From positions 32,001 through 96,000 of IMG/VR virus record IMGVR_UViG_3300044612_001159: DNA of 64,000 nt. One strand, 5' to 3'. Made by a program: the position numbers and the translations under genes. The DNA comes from a virus. Of this stretch, positions 1 to 8,415 are shown piece after piece (the stretch's first letter is position 1; every line of letters begins with the position of its first letter). The notes below the pieces were generated by a model. That model ran no database searches. It saw only the letters and a list, made by a program, of their open reading frames with translations, and was not told where the DNA came from.

Positions 1-37
1 AAATCAGTTAGAGAATCAACTTGCTAACTATCTTGAA

Positions 38-265
38 ATGGATTCAGAAGAAATTGTTTCAGATATTTGTAGCATCTTTGGATTCAATCCAACTAAGGAA
101 ATTGAATTTGAAGCAACTGCAACAATTACTGGTCGTGTATTAGTTGCACTATCAGACCTTGCAAACTTTGATATTGATGACATTGATTTGACTGTTTATG
201 CAGATTCACACTCACATGATGTTGAAGTTGATGTGGAGGTTGACCACATTAGTCGCATAGACTAA
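38..265 (+). CDS. hypothetical acidic protein (may begin upstream of the window)
   Basis: ORF track; followed by pseudoknot element. Confidence 0.6.
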   Translation: MDSEEIVSDICSIFGFNPTKEIEFEATATITGRVLVALSDLANFDIDDIDLTVYADSHSHDVEVDVEVDHISRID

Positions 266-270
266 AAAAA

Positions 271-297
271 AGACCTGAGCAAGTCTATAAACTGCTC
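271..297 (+). ncRNA. pseudoknot motif copy 1
   Basis: AGAC CUGAGCAA GUCU AUAAAC UGCUC; S1 AGAC/GUCU, S2 GAGCA/UGCUC. Confidence 0.75.
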
Positions 298-311
298 CTG
301 CCCACGGGCGG

Positions 312-327
312 TGTGATCTTTATCACA
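312..327. promoter_or_regulatory. CRP/GlxR-type site
   Basis: perfect TGTGA-N6-TCACA upstream of a TTGACA-17-TAAGAT promoter (337-365). Confidence 0.6.
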
Positions 328-371
328 TTTGAGATTTTGACATTTTTTTGTGTTTATGATAAGATTATTTT

Positions 372-521
372 ATGAAGAAAACACCAGAGGAATTACGCAG
401 GCTTATGGAATTACGCCGTAGCAATGCTGCCTCTGCCGTACCCTCAAAAAAGAAATACAATAGAAAGAAAAGTCAGTCCTCGCTGATACAATTGAGGAAA
501 GAAAGGGCCCCCCATGACTAA
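372..521 (+). CDS. small basic protein (49 aa), leaderless
   Basis: read by eye: MKKTPEELRRLMELRRSNAASAVPSKKKYNRK...; ATG 6 nt after the -10. Confidence 0.55.
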   Translation: MKKTPEELRRLMELRRSNAASAVPSKKKYNRKKSQSSLIQLRKERAPHD

Positions 522-1236
522 ACTAAAACGCTCTAATGATAGGAAAGTGGCTAATGCTGTATCAAAAAACGGAAAGACCCCAACAATTGCCAACACTTTT
601 GGATTGCCTAGTGGTAAGGCTTACTCATGTCCTGGTGAAACCTCTGTATGCAGCAAAGTATGCTACGCAGGAAAACTCGAAAAGATCTACAAAGGTGTAA
701 GAGATAATCTATTACACAATTGGAATTTACTAAAAGACGCTAACTATGAAGAGATGTATGACTTACTTTCTGCAATGATAAAAGAGTTTATTGTTGATTG
801 TGAAAAGAAAGACGCTCCTAAACTATTCCGCATTCACTGGGACGGAGATTTCTTCAATGATGAATACGCAAGGGCCTGGAAGCATGTCATTCTAAATAAT
901 CCTGATGTTCAATTCTGGGTATACACTAGAGTGAAATCTGCTGCCCTAATTCTCAAGGGTATGGATAATTTGTCTCTATACTACTCTGCAGATAGCGAAA
1001 ATGTCAAAACTGCTGTAGACCTAAAACTAAATCATGGTGTACGCATGGCATACCTTGCACAAAACTTTGCAACTGGTAAAGCAGATGTAAAAGAAATGAT
1101 TGGAAGACCTGCTGCTAAGTGTCCTGAAAATGCAAAACAAATTCCACTAATCTCAACTAAGGGCTCGGCTTGCGTTTCTTGCTCACTTTGTGTATACTCT
1201 AAGAGCGACATAATTTTCTCTGCGAGTAAGAAATGA
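514..1236 (+). CDS. GP88-like protein (radical-SAM-related, Cys-rich)
   Basis: CPG..C..VCYA and RIHWDGDF, W.YTR motifs; C-terminal CxxCxxC. Confidence 0.75.
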   Translation: MTKLKRSNDRKVANAVSKNGKTPTIANTFGLPSGKAYSCPGETSVCSKVCYAGKLEKIYKGVRDNLLHNWNLLKDANYEEMYDLLSAMIKEFIVDCEKKDAPKLFRIHWDGDFFNDEYARAWKHVILNNPDVQFWVYTRVKSAALILKGMDNLSLYYSADSENVKTAVDLKLNHGVRMAYLAQNFATGKADVKEMIGRPAAKCPENAKQIPLISTKGSACVSCSLCVYSKSDIIFSASKK

Positions 1237-1241
1237 GATAA

Positions 1242-1304
1242 ATGGATACCAAACAAGTTATTTTATTATTGATGTTTTTATTTATTTTCTTTTTATATCA
1301 GTGA
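1242..1304 (+). CDS. putative 20-aa membrane microprotein
   Basis: MDTKQVILLLMFLFIFFLYQ, directly after the GP88-like stop. Confidence 0.35.
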   Translation: MDTKQVILLLMFLFIFFLYQ

Positions 1305-1464
1305 AAGGGCGGCACGTCCGCAAAATCTTTGGTTTGTCAAGTCATTATAATGTGATTATAAACACTTTATAAATCCCCCCGCAGATCCCCGCTGAATTGT
1401 ATTTTTGACATTTTTCTGCTAGACTTATACTATAAGAAATAACCCCACAACGAAAGGAAACACA

Positions 1465-1635
1465 ATGACCCTCGGAGGATACACTTATCAGATTGGTGAC
1501 CTATTCACCACCAGCAAGACAGGCGTTACAGGTCGTATCGCAAGTTTCGCACCAATGTCTAACAGTGTTACTAGAGTTAGTCTTGTCTTGGCAAATGGCT
1601 CTCGCCGTTTGGCTATGGTAAAGACCAGCAAGTAA
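1465..1635 (+). CDS. small beta-rich protein (56 aa), paralog of 1735-1899
   Basis: own promoter (TTGTAT-17-TAGACT), GAAAGG RBS; MTLGGYTYQIGDLFTTSKTGVTGRI... Confidence 0.8.
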   Translation: MTLGGYTYQIGDLFTTSKTGVTGRIASFAPMSNSVTRVSLVLANGSRRLAMVKTSK

Positions 1636-1734
1636 TCTCAAAATGTGAGAAATGTCAGACCTAGATTTGACATTTTTCTACAATAATGTCATAATTATAC
1701 AATAAGCAATAACCCCTAACAGAAAGGCAACACA

Positions 1735-1899
1735 ATGTCAGTAGCAACAGCAACATACAAGGTAGGCGACACCTACACCACACAGAAGTCAAAGGTCACA
1801 GGAGTAATCACAGAGATTACACCACAAGCCAATGGTAATGTTCGTGTGAAACTTGATGTCAATGGTAAGTCACGCTATACCACTTGGACAGCAAAGTAA
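1735..1899 (+). CDS. small beta-rich protein (54 aa), paralog of 1465-1635
   Basis: TTGACA promoter, GAAAGG RBS; MSVATATYKVGDTYTTQKSKVTGVI... Confidence 0.8.
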   Translation: MSVATATYKVGDTYTTQKSKVTGVITEITPQANGNVRVKLDVNGKSRYTTWTAK

Positions 1900-1915
1900 T
1901 TCCTAATACAGGAAA

Positions 1916-1944
1916 AGTCCTGAGCACGACTACTAAAACTGCTC
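1916..1944 (+). ncRNA. pseudoknot motif copy 2
   Basis: AGUC CUGAGCAC GACU ACUAAAAC UGCUC. Confidence 0.75.
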
Positions 1945-2004
1945 AACAAGATTGTCAGCGCAAAGTGCTAGACTAAATACCCCACAAACGAAAGGACAGA
2001 CCCA

Positions 2005-2430
2005 ATGGCAAGAGGACAAAAAGCCATTAGTGTAAAGATTGCTACAACCAAAGTAATCAAGGCACTAGAAACTAAGTTAGACCAAATCAAGAAAGATAAG
2101 GCTAACCAAAAAACTAACGAGGAGAAGTATCAGAAGGCTTACGAAAAGTGGCTAAAAGATGTTGCTAAACTTTCTCTCGCTCAAATCTCAAAGGCAGAAA
2201 ACCTACGAGCAAGTGTTCGCTATAATGGCAACATAAATGTAGATTTTGATTTGCCTAAGTCTGCGGTAGCAGATTTCCCTGCTGAACCTGAAAAGGATTT
2301 TGAGACTTTTCACGATTGGCAATACAAGGAAATGGTAGAAGAAATTGAGAACGCAATTCGTATTCTCAAGATGACAGATGAGGAAGTAGTTTCCACATCT
2401 ACTTACAACGCTATCGCAAGATACTTGTAA
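2005..2430 (+). CDS. hypothetical coiled-coil protein
   Basis: GAAAGGA RBS, own promoter. Confidence 0.8.
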   Translation: MARGQKAISVKIATTKVIKALETKLDQIKKDKANQKTNEEKYQKAYEKWLKDVAKLSLAQISKAENLRASVRYNGNINVDFDLPKSAVADFPAEPEKDFETFHDWQYKEMVEEIENAIRILKMTDEEVVSTSTYNAIARYL

Positions 2431-2436
2431 TAAAAC

Positions 2437-2463
2437 TTTCCTGAGCAAGAAATAAAACTGCTC
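2437..2463 (+). ncRNA. pseudoknot motif copy 3
   Basis: UUUC CUGAGCAA GAAA UAAAAC UGCUC. Confidence 0.75.
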
Positions 2464-2542
2464 ACCAATAAAACTAAATAAAATTGGGTGACAGCCTGCG
2501 TTCAAGGCAGATCTATCTGCGAAAGTCCCCTGGCACTCCCTA

Positions 2543-2584
2543 ACACCTGAGTATGGAGGAAATCCTTTAGTGTCTAAACTGCTC
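2543..2584 (+). ncRNA. pseudoknot motif copy 4, with a hairpin inserted in loop 2
   Basis: ACAC CUGAGUA [UGGAGG AAAU CCUUUA] GUGU CUAAAC UGCUC. Confidence 0.7.
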
Positions 2585-2607
2585 CACCTCAAAATCCCCC
2601 CGTGCCG

Positions 2608-2645
2608 TTATCCACAGGTTATCCACAGGTGTGAATTTGATCACA
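2608..2645. promoter_or_regulatory. two tandem DnaA boxes plus a CRP-type site
   Basis: TTATCCACA at 2608 and 2619; TGTGA-ATTTGA-TCACA at 2630-2645. Confidence 0.7.
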
Positions 2646-2748
2646 TTTACGATATGTCCGATTTATCCCTTATCTAACTATCCAGATTTGCATTTGTCAG
2701 ACTAGACTGCTATACTTGAAATTCAACAAACAATAAGGAGAAAAACTC

Positions 2749-3765
2749 ATGGCACATGACCTAGAAACACAAAACGGCAAGACATCTTTCGCATCTTTCC
2801 GTGAACCCGCATGGCATGGATTGGGTACTGTCTTTACAGAAGAAAAAACAACTGCAGAAATGCTAGAGGCTGCAAACCTCAATGGTTGGAATGTTCGTCT
2901 TGAAGATATGTCTATTCCATCTCATCTAACAAGCGACAAGCAATACCAATATGTTGTTCGCACTAACCCTACCGATAACACACAAACCGACATTCTTGGT
3001 GTCGTTGGTGAGCGTTATCATGTTCTGCAGAATGAAGACCTATTTTCATTCGGTGATAATATTCTTGACGGCGGAGGTCGTTGGGAAACTGCTGGTGCAA
3101 TCAAGGGTGGTCGTGTTGTATTCGGCTCACTTGCACTAGAGCGTGAAACCGTATTAGACCCTAGCGGTGTTGCAGATAAGGTAAAGACTTATCTTCTCAT
3201 CAATACCTCACATGACGGCTCAATCGCTATTCAAGCATCAATCACACCTGTTCGTGTTGTATGCGCTAATACTCTCAATCTTGCACTAGGTGGCAAGAAA
3301 AAGAAGAATGGCATCAAGCAATCATTCAAGATTCGCCACACACAAACTGCCAATGGTAAAGTGCAGATTGCTCGTGAAACTCTTGGTCTTGCTAATGCAT
3401 ACATGGACGAATTCGACATCATGGCTAAGGCTATGTTCGAGAAGGAAGTCAATGCTCAACAATTCAATGACATCATTCTTGCTGCGTATCCAAAGCCTGA
3501 TAAAGATGCTAAGGGTTCAATCAAGAAGTGGGAAAACAAGGTTGATGTTATCAATGACATCTATACTGGCGAATTCAATGGTATGATTGCTGGTAATGCT
3601 TGGGGTGCTTTCAATGCACTAACCGAACGCCTTGATTGGTATCGTACCGCAAGAGGTGGTTCTAACGAATCAATTCTTGCATCTGCGAGTGGATTTGACC
3701 CTGCTATCAATGCAGAAAAAAATCGTTTGCTAAAAGTTGTGCAAAATGTAATGCAGATTGCATAA
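2749..3765 (+). CDS. DUF932 family phage/plasmid protein (TIGR03299-like)
   Basis: AWHGLG, ETAG...GGRVVF, SHDGS, RVVCANTL, IRHT motifs. Confidence 0.85.
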   Translation: MAHDLETQNGKTSFASFREPAWHGLGTVFTEEKTTAEMLEAANLNGWNVRLEDMSIPSHLTSDKQYQYVVRTNPTDNTQTDILGVVGERYHVLQNEDLFSFGDNILDGGGRWETAGAIKGGRVVFGSLALERETVLDPSGVADKVKTYLLINTSHDGSIAIQASITPVRVVCANTLNLALGGKKKKNGIKQSFKIRHTQTANGKVQIARETLGLANAYMDEFDIMAKAMFEKEVNAQQFNDIILAAYPKPDKDAKGSIKKWENKVDVINDIYTGEFNGMIAGNAWGAFNALTERLDWYRTARGGSNESILASASGFDPAINAEKNRLLKVVQNVMQIA

Positions 3766-3773
3766 ATAAAAAA

Positions 3774-3800
3774 ATTCCTGAGCAAGAATAAAAACTGCTC
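3774..3800 (+). ncRNA. pseudoknot motif copy 5
   Basis: AUUC CUGAGCAA GAAU AAAAAC UGCUC; 7 nt before tRNA-Asp. Confidence 0.75.
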
Positions 3801-3807
3801 ACCAATT

Positions 3808-3883
3808 GGTTCCGTAGATTAGTCTGGTTTAAATCGCTACACTGTCACTGTAGAGATCGTGGGTTCAAATCCCATCGGAATCG
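3808..3883 (+). tRNA. tRNA-Asp(GTC)
   Basis: cloverleaf; anticodon arm CTACA-CTGTCAC-TGTAG; T-loop TTCAAAT. Confidence 0.9.
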
Positions 3884-4040
3884 CAAAGAAAATCGGGACG
3901 TGGGGATTCGGACATTTCGGACATAAAAATATCAATCTTAAATTAAATTACGAAGAACGAAATAAATCCCCAAAAATATCAAAACCAAAAACAATTACGA
4001 TAGAGTTGACATTTCCCTGATTTTCTGCCATAATTTATAC

Positions 4041-4202
4041 ATGACCCAAACATACAAACCATACACCATAGATGAACTGGTGACAGAAATCTATGAGGAC
4101 AACCTGTCACACTTTGAATTTGAGGAAAACATGGGTGGAGAGCCCTGTGACTGCTATCTACATAACACTATGAATACTATCATGAAATACTGGGGGGAAT
4201 AA
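4041..4202 (+). CDS. hypothetical protein (53 aa), leaderless
   Basis: TTGACA...CATAAT then ATG; stop overlaps the next start. Confidence 0.65.
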   Translation: MTQTYKPYTIDELVTEIYEDNLSHFEFEENMGGEPCDCYLHNTMNTIMKYWGE

Positions 4203-4402
4203 TGAACCAACTAATTGAATATATAAAGATACATATCATTAGCCTAGAGCAAGACCTAGAGCAAATCTCTAATGAAATGGAAGCACTTGACCCTGCCTCT
4301 AAGGATTATACTGAGTTAGATTTTGAATATAATCATATGAGTGGACAACTTCTTTCTGCCCGCCATATTTTGTCAGTGGCCGACGGTATACTAGAGGTAT
4401 GA
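4202..4402 (+). CDS. hypothetical protein
   Basis: ORF track, coupled to neighbours. Confidence 0.7.
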   Translation: MNQLIEYIKIHIISLEQDLEQISNEMEALDPASKDYTELDFEYNHMSGQLLSARHILSVADGILEV

Positions 4403-4686
4403 TGAACACTACACAACTAGAACCAAGACTGCAGAAACTAATAGACCTAGGGGAATCAGGCACTGACATCCTCCATGGTGAACTCAAAAACCTTATGTAT
4501 GAGGCTGAAAAGGAATTGATTGAGGCCCAACGCATTGAGGAAGACAATGACTACAGCGACGCCATGGAATCTATGGAGCGAAAGTACTGGGAGGGACAGT
4601 TAGACGCTATGTCTCATGTATATGGTTTGACCTATGCCCTGGCCTTTGCAATCTCAGAGCGAAGGAGCAAGCAATCTAATGAGTGA
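4399..4686 (+). CDS. hypothetical protein
   Basis: ORF track, ATGA overlap. Confidence 0.7.
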   Translation: MMNTTQLEPRLQKLIDLGESGTDILHGELKNLMYEAEKELIEAQRIEEDNDYSDAMESMERKYWEGQLDAMSHVYGLTYALAFAISERRSKQSNE

Positions 4687-4840
4687 TGTAATAATCTTAA
4701 CAGATAGAGATGAGATTGAGGACCTGATAGGGGATCAGATCTCTGACGAGCAATGGCTAACTATCAAAGAAAAGATTGCTAGAAATAAACATATCTGGCA
4801 AGTTATTGATGAGGCCCTCAACGATATCATCTCTGAATGA
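4679..4840 (+). CDS. hypothetical protein
   Basis: internal ATG of ORF 4634..4840 with GGAG RBS. Confidence 0.6.
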   Translation: MSDVIILTDRDEIEDLIGDQISDEQWLTIKEKIARNKHIWQVIDEALNDIISE

Positions 4841-4910
4841 CATTAAGAAGGCTTGATTTATTTTCCCGATTCTGCTAGAATTGGATTACGACCACTAGAA
4901 AGGACCCCAC

Positions 4911-5645
4911 ATGCCAAACTGGGTATATAACTCGTTAGCAATAGAAGCAATAGAGGCTGACCCTAGTCAGATTACTAAACTAGTTTCTCAAGTCAATCAA
5001 CCATTTCAACGACAGCATGACCAATGGAACTCTGATACACATCAAATGGAATTGTTAGATGTTGAGTATTCCAATCCTGTCTTTGCATTCTGGAACATTG
5101 TCAAACCTACAGACCTAGAGACTTATGCTTTGCAGAAAGACCCAAACCATGATGATTCTATTATAGATTTTCAAGGTAACAACTGGTATGACTGGAATGT
5201 GCGTAACTGGGGAACTAAATGGGATGTTGCTGTTCATGATAAGGAACAGTATCCTGAAACTACTATGGAGCATGGTGATAAGTCAGTTATTTATAGTTTC
5301 AATACTGCTTGGTCCCCTCCGATTCCTGCGGTGCTTGCCCTATCAGAGCAGTATCCTGATTTAGTCTTTCATCTGTTCTACCAAGAAGAAACAGGGTGGG
5401 GTGGAGACATGCAGATTATGGGTGGTGCCACAATCAGAGAGCAACACTATGAATCACAGTGTAGAGATTGTGATGCAACTGACTGCATGGAGTATTGCGA
5501 TAACGACTGCGGTGAGATTTGTAATGAGTGTAACTATCTAGGTGAGGCTGACCTTGATGCAGTATCAGAATGTGAGATTCACAAGGCATACCTAGACGAG
5601 GAACATGTGCCCGAATACCGCAGACTTGACAAAGCCAACGCATAA
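4911..5645 (+). CDS. DUF1281/YubB ferredoxin-like domain protein with Cys-rich C-terminus
   Basis: MPNW..N, WYDW...NWGTKWD, F.TAWSPP motifs. Confidence 0.75.
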   Translation: MPNWVYNSLAIEAIEADPSQITKLVSQVNQPFQRQHDQWNSDTHQMELLDVEYSNPVFAFWNIVKPTDLETYALQKDPNHDDSIIDFQGNNWYDWNVRNWGTKWDVAVHDKEQYPETTMEHGDKSVIYSFNTAWSPPIPAVLALSEQYPDLVFHLFYQEETGWGGDMQIMGGATIREQHYESQCRDCDATDCMEYCDNDCGEICNECNYLGEADLDAVSECEIHKAYLDEEHVPEYRRLDKANA

Positions 5646-5679
5646 TGAGATAATTGAACAAACGACCCAAGGAGATAAT

Positions 5680-6006
5680 ATGGCAAAAATAGATATGGAT
5701 AAACTAGAACTAATCGGCAGTTTCGGTGTCGACAGTGGACAAGCAATGGTAGGTGACCCCTGCTATCTTGATGAGTGGAAAACTAATCGTGATGAGGAGT
5801 GGGACTTGGCAGGCAAGATAGGCCAATACTCCTATCAAGGTGCTAGTGCCACCACTATTGATAGTTCTGCTGGAGTATTAGGCAACGGTAGGTCAGTAGT
5901 ATTCAACACAGGCTACGGCGACGGCGTCTACCCTGTTTATGCTGAATTCAATGATGACGGCAGAGTTGCTCGTATTGTTATTGAATTTGTTAGTGATGAG
6001 GAGTAA
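5680..6006 (+). CDS. DUF4241-like protein
   Basis: GVDSGQ...DPCY and GYGDG.YPVY motifs; GGAG RBS. Confidence 0.65.
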   Translation: MAKIDMDKLELIGSFGVDSGQAMVGDPCYLDEWKTNRDEEWDLAGKIGQYSYQGASATTIDSSAGVLGNGRSVVFNTGYGDGVYPVYAEFNDDGRVARIVIEFVSDEE

Positions 6007-6009
6007 TTA

Positions 6010-6102
6010 ATGGAAATCATTCTAGTAGTACTATTTGTAATCTGGTGCCTAGGTGCACTATCAGGTGGCCTAACTGGATACACAGGAGAGGTAAAGAAAT
6101 AA
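6010..6102 (+). CDS. 30-aa membrane microprotein
   Basis: MEIILVVLFVIWCLGALSGG...; GAGGAG RBS. Confidence 0.5.
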   Translation: MEIILVVLFVIWCLGALSGGLTGYTGEVKK

Positions 6103-6461
6103 TGGGAGCCCGCTGTAATTTCGTTTTTAAACAATCAGAGGACCTAGCAGTTACGTTGTACAGCCACTGGGACGAAGACCATATGCATGAACTCCTGGCA
6201 GCAGCCCTGCAGCATGCAATGCCACGCATTCAAATGGGTGACACAGCCTATGCGACTCGTATGGCCATTAGTTACATCATCAAGGATTCCATTCTGGATG
6301 AGACAGGTTATGGTATTACAGCCATGGACCCCTCAGACCAGGGATTCTTGGACCATCCAATCACAATTGATTTAACTGATATGACAGTAGGCAGCGGTGA
6401 AGACTGGCACAATATCGAGGACTTCATTCACTACCACACAGGTTTAATTGCGAAGGTCTAG
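6102..6461 (+). CDS. hypothetical phage protein
   Basis: MGARC...LYSHWD; GGAGAGG RBS. Confidence 0.7.
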   Translation: MGARCNFVFKQSEDLAVTLYSHWDEDHMHELLAAALQHAMPRIQMGDTAYATRMAISYIIKDSILDETGYGITAMDPSDQGFLDHPITIDLTDMTVGSGEDWHNIEDFIHYHTGLIAKV

Positions 6462-6481
6462 GTTGGGTCACCTGGATCTTG

Positions 6482-6523
6482 GGTGGAGGGGGCAGCGTGG
6501 GGTTGCCCTTTCCACCAACTTTT
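6482..6523 (+). terminator. intrinsic terminator
   Basis: GGTGGAGGGGGCAGC/GTTGCCCTTTCCACC hairpin plus T-run. Confidence 0.65.
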
Positions 6524-6548
6524 GGTACAATGATAATGGAGGAGGACT

Positions 6549-6755
6549 ATGCGTATCAGACGAATACTAACTGAAGAAGAAAAAGTTGCTAAGAAGATTG
6601 GCAATGAGATTGCTGACCTCAGAGTAGACTTAGAACTAGTAGGTCAGTATATGGCACAGTCACAGCCTTATGTGGTGTATAATCGTTTACAGGTAATAGC
6701 AGAAGCAGCCAAGGAAACCAAGGAGGGCACCAACTATGCCAGAAACAACTTTTGA
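6549..6755 (+). CDS. hypothetical protein
   Basis: GGAGG RBS. Confidence 0.7.
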   Translation: MRIRRILTEEEKVAKKIGNEIADLRVDLELVGQYMAQSQPYVVYNRLQVIAEAAKETKEGTNYARNNF

Positions 6756-6999
6756 GAACAAGGCCCTTATATTGGGACAACTCTGGTTAAACTATAAATC
6801 AGATGATGAGTTAGCAGATTTCTTTGAGTACAACGACTTGGGGCTGCCGCTTGCCTTTGCATTTGCCGAGGGGATAATTAATAGTACTCCTACACTAGAG
6901 CAGTATATCAACGAGTCCTGGTTCTTATTGCTAGAGGGACTGGGTGTTGAGGATACAGGGTTTGAAGACATCACCGATCTTCTGGAGGAGGAGGCGTAA
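6736..6999 (+). CDS. hypothetical acidic protein
   Basis: AGGAGG RBS. Confidence 0.7.
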   Translation: MPETTFENKALILGQLWLNYKSDDELADFFEYNDLGLPLAFAFAEGIINSTPTLEQYINESWFLLLEGLGVEDTGFEDITDLLEEEA

Positions 7000-7030
7000 A
7001 ATCGCCCGTGCCATACTTTTATCTGTTTGT

Positions 7031-7791
7031 CAAACCTTCAAACCTTATTACGAAAAGGCATTACGAACCCCTAAACCGTAGCCCCCACTGAAAGATTACG
7101 ATCCAAACCTTTATATCCCCAAACCTTATACCATGGATATCCTGGTTTGTCAAATAGGTGTATAATTGTATTATGCCAAGACACTTTGCAAACCTTTATA
7201 GCCAGAGATCTCATAGGCATGACTCTAAAAGAGATTACGATCAATTCACTGAAGACATGAATACTCTAACAGGTATGTTGTATTCTATTGTTACCCTTAA
7301 GGGTTTCTTTCCTTTCTTTAGATCCCCCGCCAAAAACGCAGATCTTGCGGGCGGGCCCGCTCCCTATCCTACCCCGCTCGAAAATGCGGGGGATAAAGAG
7401 TAACCAAACTACCCCCTATAGAATAACAAACCTTTTCTCCTGGTTTCCTATATATTTTATAAAGTTTTGTTAAAAAACATTACGATATTGGCAAATTTTC
7501 CCCTGGTTTTGGTAGATTTTTATGGGCAATTTCATGCATATAAGACACTTGACAAACCACTATTTTGCATGTATAATGCCCAAACCTTATATCAGGATAT
7601 GATGGTTTGACAATATCGGGCATATGTGGTACAAAGGTTTGAAGGTTTGGGATATGAAGGTTTTTCGATTTGACATTACGAACGCCATATGGTAAAGGGT
7701 TCCCTACTCCACTATCCTCCACAATCCTCCACTTTAACCCTATCTAATAATATCATCAGTAACATTTTTCTGTGGATAAACCTGTGGATAA
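7031..7791. repeat. repeat-rich intergenic region (candidate origin or genome-end/packaging region)
   Basis: ATTACGA x6, many AAACC/GGTTT, 16-bp inverted repeat 7031-7046/7634-7649, CTCCAC x3 with 10-bp period, DnaA-box pair 7771-7791. Confidence 0.55.
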
Positions 7792-7830
7792 CATACTTGA
7801 CAAACCATCCAAACCAGATATAATTGATAT

Positions 7831-8274
7831 ATGAACAAACCATTCAGTCCTAAACTATACGCCGATAACGATGATGCCAAGATACTTGTAATAGATTATC
7901 TAGAGGCTAATGGATTTTCGGCGGGGATCAATTCAGATGACTACGGCATAGACCTATTGGCCAAACACCTTAAAACCAACAAAGACTATGAACTTGAAGT
8001 TGAGGTTAAGCATAACTGGAAAGGCCATATGTTCCAATATAAAACCTTACACTTTCCTGGCCGTAAACTTAAATTTGTCAAGGATTCCGACCAAACCGTA
8101 TTCTTCATTCTAAACCATGAGAGAACCCATGCCTATTGGGTAAAAGGCAGTGTATTGGCCAAATGCCCTATAGTGGTAAAGGACACCATCTATACCAGAA
8201 ATGAAAGGTTTATAGAGGTGGCCATAGATAACTGCCATCTCCTAGACCTTAGCAAACCCCTATCCCTGATATAG
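7831..8274 (+). CDS. PD-(D/E)XK nuclease-fold protein
   Basis: GIDL...EVEVK motif; leaderless TTGACA/TATAAT promoter. Confidence 0.6.
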   Translation: MNKPFSPKLYADNDDAKILVIDYLEANGFSAGINSDDYGIDLLAKHLKTNKDYELEVEVKHNWKGHMFQYKTLHFPGRKLKFVKDSDQTVFFILNHERTHAYWVKGSVLAKCPIVVKDTIYTRNERFIEVAIDNCHLLDLSKPLSLI

Positions 8275-8290
8275 GCACTATAGACGATAC

Positions 8291-8352
8291 TAACCGATAG
8301 TGCTCTTATAGAGCATATGAAAGTTTGTTATTCTATTTTCCGCCGAACTTTA
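8291..8352 (+). repeat. ~60-bp element, copy 1 (copy 2 at 12306-12364)
   Basis: TAACCGATAGTGC-hairpin-AAGTTT...TATTTTCCGCC.AA.TTTA. Confidence 0.6.
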
Positions 8353-8373
8353 CATACCGCCGAAATTTGAACC

Positions 8374-8394
8374 TGTGGATAAACCTGTGGATAA
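8374..8394 (-). promoter_or_regulatory. two tandem DnaA boxes
   Basis: TGTGGATAA-ACC-TGTGGATAA, abutting the extended -10 TGATACAAT. Confidence 0.65.
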
Positions 8395-8415
8395 CTATGA
8401 TACAATGGGATTATT

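Noticed and set aside
271-297. Hammerhead ribozyme (CUGA...AAAC)
   Set aside because: It lacks the CUGANGA/GAAA core and three-stem junction; the pairing is a pseudoknot.
2428-2463. Stop-codon readthrough as the function of the pseudoknot
   Set aside because: Copy 3 follows a double TAA TAA, the spacing to stops varies from 4 to 16 nt, and copy 4 follows no ORF.
271-3800. CRISPR array or mini-array formed by the CCTGAGCA...AAACTGCTC repeats (with the Cas4-like gene)
   Set aside because: The copies are dispersed, separated by whole genes and covary internally. The Cas4-like gene is solo within the recombination module, and no other cas genes are visible.
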